Positions 26,616 to 30,473 of a stretch of 30,473 nucleotides of DNA are shown here, piece after piece. How positions within the stretch are numbered: the stretch's first letter is position 1; each line of letters starts with the position of its first letter. The stretch covers positions 1 to 30,473 of the IMG/VR virus record IMGVR_UViG_3300010236_000009; one strand, written 5' to 3'. This DNA is from a virus (lineage: Duplodnaviria; Caudoviricetes). The translations under genes and the position numbers were made by a program. The notes beneath the pieces were generated by a model, which saw only the letters and a list, made by a program, of their open reading frames with translations, did no database searches and had not been told where the DNA came from.

Positions 26616-26969
26616 TCACTTCACATCAAAACTATTATGAAAAACCCGGAAATTCTTATAAGTCTGACCGCTATCGCTTTCCACTTTGCCAAGATATAAA
26701 ATCGCCACCTCATCGCCAATGGCAACATCCTTTAACCTTGAGTCTAAAACGGTCGAACCCCAAAAACTATTTTTATTACCTTTCCGATCTTCAAGAGTGT
26801 AAATGGTTGATTTATTTTTACCGACCCCCTCTTTTTTACCAACAAAAACACCTCTTAAACGAGGCTCTTTATCAAAATCCCAACACTCATTAATTTCATC
26901 GGTAACTTCACCAAACCCCTCTTTTTCTAATTCTTTAACATATTCTTCTATATCATTCATTTCTATCAC
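26616..26969 (-). CDS. Putative OB-fold single-stranded DNA-binding-like protein
   Basis: WDF...LRGVFV...FWGSTVLDSRL...GDEVAILYLG...YKNFRV pattern; fold assignment is inference. Confidence 0.45.
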   Translation of the reverse strand: MIEMNDIEEYVKELEKEGFGEVTDEINECWDFDKEPRLRGVFVGKKEGVGKNKSTIYTLEDRKGNKNSFWGSTVLDSRLKDVAIGDEVAILYLGKVESDSGQTYKNFRVFHNSFDVK

Positions 26970-27265
26970 CCCCTTTTAAATTTATTTCTTGGTATAACTA
27001 ATAAAACTTTGTTATCACGGGAAACAAATCTTCCAGCATATTTTAATGCCATTTTTGGACTTATCTCATAAGCTCCCCGGCCTAACAACCTAACCATAAT
27101 TTTCTTTTTCTTCTTTTCTGCCTCTTTAACCGCCTCAAGAGAAACCCCCATTCCCTCAACTCCCATTTCCCAACCATATTTTTTCCATGCTCCCCAATAT
27201 GGCTCTCTTAACATAATGATTAAGTGGTCATTAGTCTCAATCCAATTCTGCCCCCTAATTTTCAT
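26966..27265 (-). CDS. Hypothetical phage protein
   Basis: 99-aa basic ORF coupled to the next gene. Confidence 0.6.
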   Translation of the reverse strand: MKIRGQNWIETNDHLIIMLREPYWGAWKKYGWEMGVEGMGVSLEAVKEAEKKKKKIMVRLLGRGAYEISPKMALKYAGRFVSRDNKVLLVIPRNKFKRG

Positions 27266-27328
27266 TTTTAATCACAATAAAATTTCTAAAATTAACGTTC
27301 CAATCATCAACAAAATTACTTTTTGTAA

Positions 27329-27472
27329 TCACTTCCTTTCATTATTATTTAGCATGCTACAACGTTCCCTTAGCACATCCCAACAGCTTTCATAATCTCC
27401 GCCATCTAATCTCTGTCCACAGTTAGGGCAATACTTATCACTTACATTCACAACTCGAAAGCAGTTAGCCAC
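27329..27472 (-). pseudogene. Fragment of a zinc-ribbon phage protein
   Basis: Not in the ORF track. (V)ANCFRVVNVSDKYCPNCGQRLDGG...; the first Cys of the first CxxC pair is missing. Confidence 0.45.
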
Positions 27473-27576
27473 CTAAGAACCGCTACCCCATCACTAAATA
27501 TTATCCCCTCAGCAACGATTCCTGTTCCGCTTACTTGGCTAACATCCTCGATTCTTTTTAGCCAAAACTTTTTCAT
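27448..27576 (-). pseudogene. Apparently truncated conserved phage protein (42 aa)
   Basis: Not in the ORF track. MKKFWLKRIEDVSQVSGTGIVAEGIIFSDGVAVLRWLTAFEL; ATGA-coupled to the methyltransferase stop. Confidence 0.55.
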
Positions 27577-28613
27577 ATTTTATCTATACTTAAATATAAC
27601 CTTTCTCCTATCCAAGTAACTACATTTGTCGTTACTGCATTGCCCAAACATTTATATCGCTGAGTGTCGCTTATTCCCTCCGTCCAACCGTCGGGAAACC
27701 CCTGCAGGCGTTCGCATTCGGTCGGCGTTAAGCGTCTGATTGCTCCATTGAGTTTATAGCTGTCCCAATTCTGTTTGCTTCCATAAGGGCTTTTTCTTCC
27801 TCCACTTCTAACCGTTTTTGAAACTTGGTATAAGCCTGTCTTGCCCCCCAATCCTCCAGCATTTCCAGCTATTGTGGAAGCAATTCCGCTTGCGTCATAA
27901 ACCCGTTGCCCCTGCGGAAAATTCCTGCTTAACTCTTTCTCATCTTCTTCGAGCCACTTTTTGTTCTTTTCCGACATAATTGCTCCCCGATACTTCAGCT
28001 TTTTATAAGTCTCTCCGTTTGTTCCTTCGACAGGAAATACTTTTGGTCTGGGTGTTCCTCTAAGATGTCCGACAATGAACACTCTTTCCCTATTCTGGGG
28101 GACTCCGAAATTTTTGCTGTTAAGAACCTGCCATTGATACTCATACCCCAAGTTGGTGAGAACCCCAAGTATTGTCTGGAAAGTTTTTCCTTTGTCATGA
28201 CTAAGTAAACCCCTGACATTTTCGAGTAGAAAATATCGGGGTCTTTTGTCGGCAAGAATCCTAGCGATTTCAAAAAATAGAGTTCCTCTGGTGTCCTCAA
28301 ATCCTCTCCTTTTACCTGCGATTGAAAATGCTTGGCAAGGGAATCCGCCACAGAGTAAATCGTGGTCTGGGATTTCTGATGAGGGAACCTTAGTAATATC
28401 TCTTGTGTCGATTTCCCCATAGTGTTTTTTGTAGATTTGGCTGGCGTATTTGTCCCATTCATTGGACCAGACGCAATAAAATGCATGTTGGCCGTGTTGT
28501 GATGTTCCGCTCTTATTGTTGGGGCTATCTTTGGGTTTAATTGCCACCTTTTGTAACCCATATCTAAATCCTCCTATGCCTGCAAATAAGTCTATAAACC
28601 TTATTGTTTCCAT
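27573..28613 (-). CDS. DNA cytosine-C5 methyltransferase
   Basis: Motif I FAGIGG, IV GFPCQAFS, VI ENV, VIII QNRERVF, IX RRLTPTECERLQGFP, X LGNAV. Confidence 0.97.
   Translation of the reverse strand: METIRFIDLFAGIGGFRYGLQKVAIKPKDSPNNKSGTSQHGQHAFYCVWSNEWDKYASQIYKKHYGEIDTRDITKVPSSEIPDHDLLCGGFPCQAFSIAGKRRGFEDTRGTLFFEIARILADKRPRYFLLENVRGLLSHDKGKTFQTILGVLTNLGYEYQWQVLNSKNFGVPQNRERVFIVGHLRGTPRPKVFPVEGTNGETYKKLKYRGAIMSEKNKKWLEEDEKELSRNFPQGQRVYDASGIASTIAGNAGGLGGKTGLYQVSKTVRSGGRKSPYGSKQNWDSYKLNGAIRRLTPTECERLQGFPDGWTEGISDTQRYKCLGNAVTTNVVTWIGERLYLSIDKI
27995..28561 (-). CDS. Nested +1-frame ORF; probable second (beta-like) subunit of the C5 methyltransferase
   Basis: 188 stop-free codons; AGGAGG (28570-28575) 8 nt before the ATG; ends in CSLSDILEEHPDQKYFLS. 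Confidence 0.65.
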   Translation of the reverse strand: MGYKRWQLNPKIAPTIRAEHHNTANMHFIASGPMNGTNTPAKSTKNTMGKSTQEILLRFPHQKSQTTIYSVADSLAKHFQSQVKGEDLRTPEELYFLKSLGFLPTKDPDIFYSKMSGVYLVMTKEKLSRQYLGFSPTWGMSINGRFLTAKISESPRIGKECSLSDILEEHPDQKYFLSKEQTERLIKS

Positions 28614-28622
28614 CTTCCTTGG

Positions 28623-28841
28623 TTAGTCCTCCTCCTCAAAGAACCTATTTGGTATTATCCTTTTTAAGGCATTTTGTATAACCGTTCCTTGCTGAGAATA
28701 GTGCCAAAACTCATGCCCAAAGTCATCTAAAAATTCATATAAGGCGTAGGCCTGTCTTTCCGTCAACCAAACTGGTTTATGTTTGCCTCTCGGCTTTCTA
28801 GGCATTTTTTTATATTGGTCGTAAACCTCATCTTTATTCAT
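28623..28841 (-). CDS. Hypothetical protein
   Basis: 72-aa ORF with an AGGGGA site upstream. Confidence 0.6.
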   Translation of the reverse strand: MNKDEVYDQYKKMPRKPRGKHKPVWLTERQAYALYEFLDDFGHEFWHYSQQGTVIQNALKRIIPNRFFEEED

Positions 28842-28858
28842 ATTCCCCTATTCTTTGT

Positions 28859-28969
28859 TTAAGCATATTTCTCTATTAACCATAACACCACCCGATACCA
28901 GCCCAAAGCGAGGGCCAGACCGGAAACAATAATAGCAACGACGGTTGATAAAAGAGATGATTTATTCAT
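28859..28969 (-). CDS. 36-aa membrane peptide
   Basis: Not in the ORF track. MNKSSLLSTVVAIIVSGLALALGWYRVVLWLIEKYA; overlaps the upstream stop and fills the gap. Confidence 0.5.
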   Translation of the reverse strand: MNKSSLLSTVVAIIVSGLALALGWYRVVLWLIEKYA

Positions 28970-29405
28970 TTATATCCCATTTTCTATAATCCCAGCCATA
29001 CTTTTTACAGATTTTCTTTAAAATTGGTATTCCATAAGAGCAATAATTTTCTTCGAAGTCCCTCTCTATTTCTTTGTAAAAATCCTCATCTCCTAAAAGC
29101 CAAATCCAGTTTGAAAAATGGTCTATGCTCCTATTAGCTGAAATTCCACGCATATTGTTCGCTTTCTCCCAAGCAAATGGCATATAATCTAACATTTCTT
29201 TTAAGATATTCTTTCTGGTTAGTGGTTTATGAATTGTAAGCCATTTCCTTTCTGTAATTCCTTCTTTTAAAAATTCTTTGGCGTGCTGAAAATCTAAATA
29301 AACTGCACAATCGCTAGCTTTTACACCAAAAAAGTCATCATATTGTCCAAACGATTTTATCCTTTTAACTATTTCTTCTTGAGTTCTTGTCATTTTTATC
29401 ACCAT
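28962..29405 (-). CDS. Hypothetical phage protein
   Basis: 147-aa ORF in the co-oriented gene run. Confidence 0.7.
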   Translation of the reverse strand: MVIKMTRTQEEIVKRIKSFGQYDDFFGVKASDCAVYLDFQHAKEFLKEGITERKWLTIHKPLTRKNILKEMLDYMPFAWEKANNMRGISANRSIDHFSNWIWLLGDEDFYKEIERDFEENYCSYGIPILKKICKKYGWDYRKWDINE

Positions 29406-29414
29406 CCTTTATTT

Positions 29415-29666
29415 TTATACTTTCTGCCACTTCTCAAGACACTCATCACAAATCAGTAGATTTAATTTTCTTTTCTCATCATATACTTTATGTAAGGCAT
29501 ATTCACCATTAGCATTTGGATAAACAGCTTTCGAGCACATTTGACAATACTTGACTGAGGCAAGATACCGCCTCTGCTCGACAGTTTTCCTTAATTCCTC
29601 TCGGCCCTTCTTTTGACGGTCTGGGGTCGGATTTTTTCTGGTGCTCCAAGGCGATAAGTTAATCAT
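29415..29666 (-). CDS. Zinc-finger-like hypothetical protein
   Basis: CQMC...CDEC motifs. Confidence 0.6.
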   Translation of the reverse strand: MINLSPWSTRKNPTPDRQKKGREELRKTVEQRRYLASVKYCQMCSKAVYPNANGEYALHKVYDEKRKLNLLICDECLEKWQKV

Positions 29667-29932
29667 AATTCTTTCTTTTTTTTATTTTTATCCTTCACTA
29701 TGAACATCAACGACTCTTCAGACGGATAGCCTCGGTAGTAACCACCCTTACATTCGCTCACTTCTAGGCCAAGCATACTTTCCTCCCCTCCATCCACAAA
29801 CGTTCCCCACTTGGTAACAGCCTCTATCTTGTCGCCTGGAGCGATTAGCTTTAGAGCAGAACGTTCATGGTCATTCTCAGGAGTCAGCATTATCTGTTTG
29901 GCTCCATCTAGTAGTAATATGGATATCTTCAT
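29663..29932 (-). CDS. Hypothetical phage protein
   Basis: 89-aa ORF with an ATGA overlap to the next gene. Confidence 0.6.
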   Translation of the reverse strand: MKISILLLDGAKQIMLTPENDHERSALKLIAPGDKIEAVTKWGTFVDGGEESMLGLEVSECKGGYYRGYPSEESLMFIVKDKNKKKKEL

Positions 29933-30000
29933 ATTTTTTTCTCAATCGGCCAGACCCTCACCCAGCACCTGTCCCCGCAACCAATCCTATCTCTAACCAT
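29929..30000 (-). CDS. 23-aa micro-ORF or gene remnant
   Basis: MVRDRIGCGDRCWVRVWPIEKKI; starts 1 nt after the HNH stop and ends in an ATGA overlap. Confidence 0.35.
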   Translation of the reverse strand: MVRDRIGCGDRCWVRVWPIEKKI

Positions 30001-30001
30001 G

Positions 30002-30472
30002 TTATATATTGCTAAATTGATTTCTACCGAGAACAGGCTCTATAGTTAATGCCTTCTTTACCGTCCATCCCATTTCCAATCTTCTCCTAATGGTTTTTTG
30101 GCTAATCCCTGTTTCATCTTCCCATTCAGACAAACTTAACTTTTTCCCACCAAAAGAAACCATCCTATTGTCATCACGATTATTCATCTGCTCCTTTCTC
30201 GTTGCCCACCGACAATTATCGGCGCAATAATCACCACTATTATCAATTCTATCTATCTCTAGAGTATCCTTGTAAGTAGGCCCCATATCTTCCCAAAAGT
30301 TCTCGAATGAGTGCCAACGCTTACAAACCCTAATACCCTTACCCCCGTAATATTTATAAGAGCTAACATTCTTATTTTCACATCTTCTTATCATTGCACA
30401 CCAGATACCATATTGTCTTGTATCGGTCATGCCGTGGGTTCTGCTAGCGTATCCCAGTTGCTTTGCTAAATT
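30002..30472 (-). CDS. HNH-type homing endonuclease-like protein, probably 5'-truncated by the window
   Basis: YGGKGIRVCKRW..FENF..DMG and IDRIDNSGDYCADNCRWAT motifs. The frame is open to the window edge (NLAKQLGYASRTHGMTDTRQY), so the true start is probably outside the window. Confidence 0.8.
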   Translation of the reverse strand, partial: NLAKQLGYASRTHGMTDTRQYGIWCAMIRRCENKNVSSYKYYGGKGIRVCKRWHSFENFWEDMGPTYKDTLEIDRIDNSGDYCADNCRWATRKEQMNNRDDNRMVSFGGKKLSLSEWEDETGISQKTIRRRLEMGWTVKKALTIEPVLGRNQFSNI

Positions 30473-30473
30473 A

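Noticed and set aside
26610-26618. TGATAAAAT extended -10 before the nuclease gene
   Set aside because: No -35, and it is formed by tandem stop codons of the upstream gene; too weak to call.
103-29996. All + strand ORFs in the track (60-106 aa)
   Set aside because: They are antisense shadows of well-supported minus-strand genes, with no recognisable motifs.
1-30473. CRISPR array, tRNA, integrase/att site, reverse transcriptase or diversity-generating retroelement
   Set aside because: No regularly spaced repeats, cloverleaf or relevant protein motifs seen by eye. Lifestyle and host cannot be fixed from this window.

Overview
A 30.5 kb piece of an AT-rich, long-tailed (siphovirus-type, HK97-fold) phage or prophage. 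All credible genes are on the minus strand. In transcription order (high to low coordinates) it holds: (1) an accessory region with an HNH nuclease, small hypotheticals, a C5-cytosine DNA methyltransferase carrying a nested +1-frame gene, an OB-fold-like protein and a PD-(D/E)XK nuclease; (2) an ~8 kb, largely translationally coupled glycan-modification operon with its own sigma70-type promoter, encoding an HTH protein, a split GT-C (GT87-like) membrane glycosyltransferase, three SAM methyltransferases, four GT-B domains, one GT2 domain and a short UDP-sugar dehydrogenase; (3) a NinG-like nuclease and a ParB-N6/N4 methyltransferase; (4) TerS, TerL, portal-MuF fusion, prohead protease, capsid, neck, tail tube, frameshifted tail chaperone, tape measure, tail tip and fibres; (5) the start of an amidase endolysin. 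The most interesting items are the glycosylation/methylation operon and the dual-frame C5 methyltransferase. No integrase, tRNA, rRNA or CRISPR array was seen. All family calls come from recognising motifs by eye; no searches were run.
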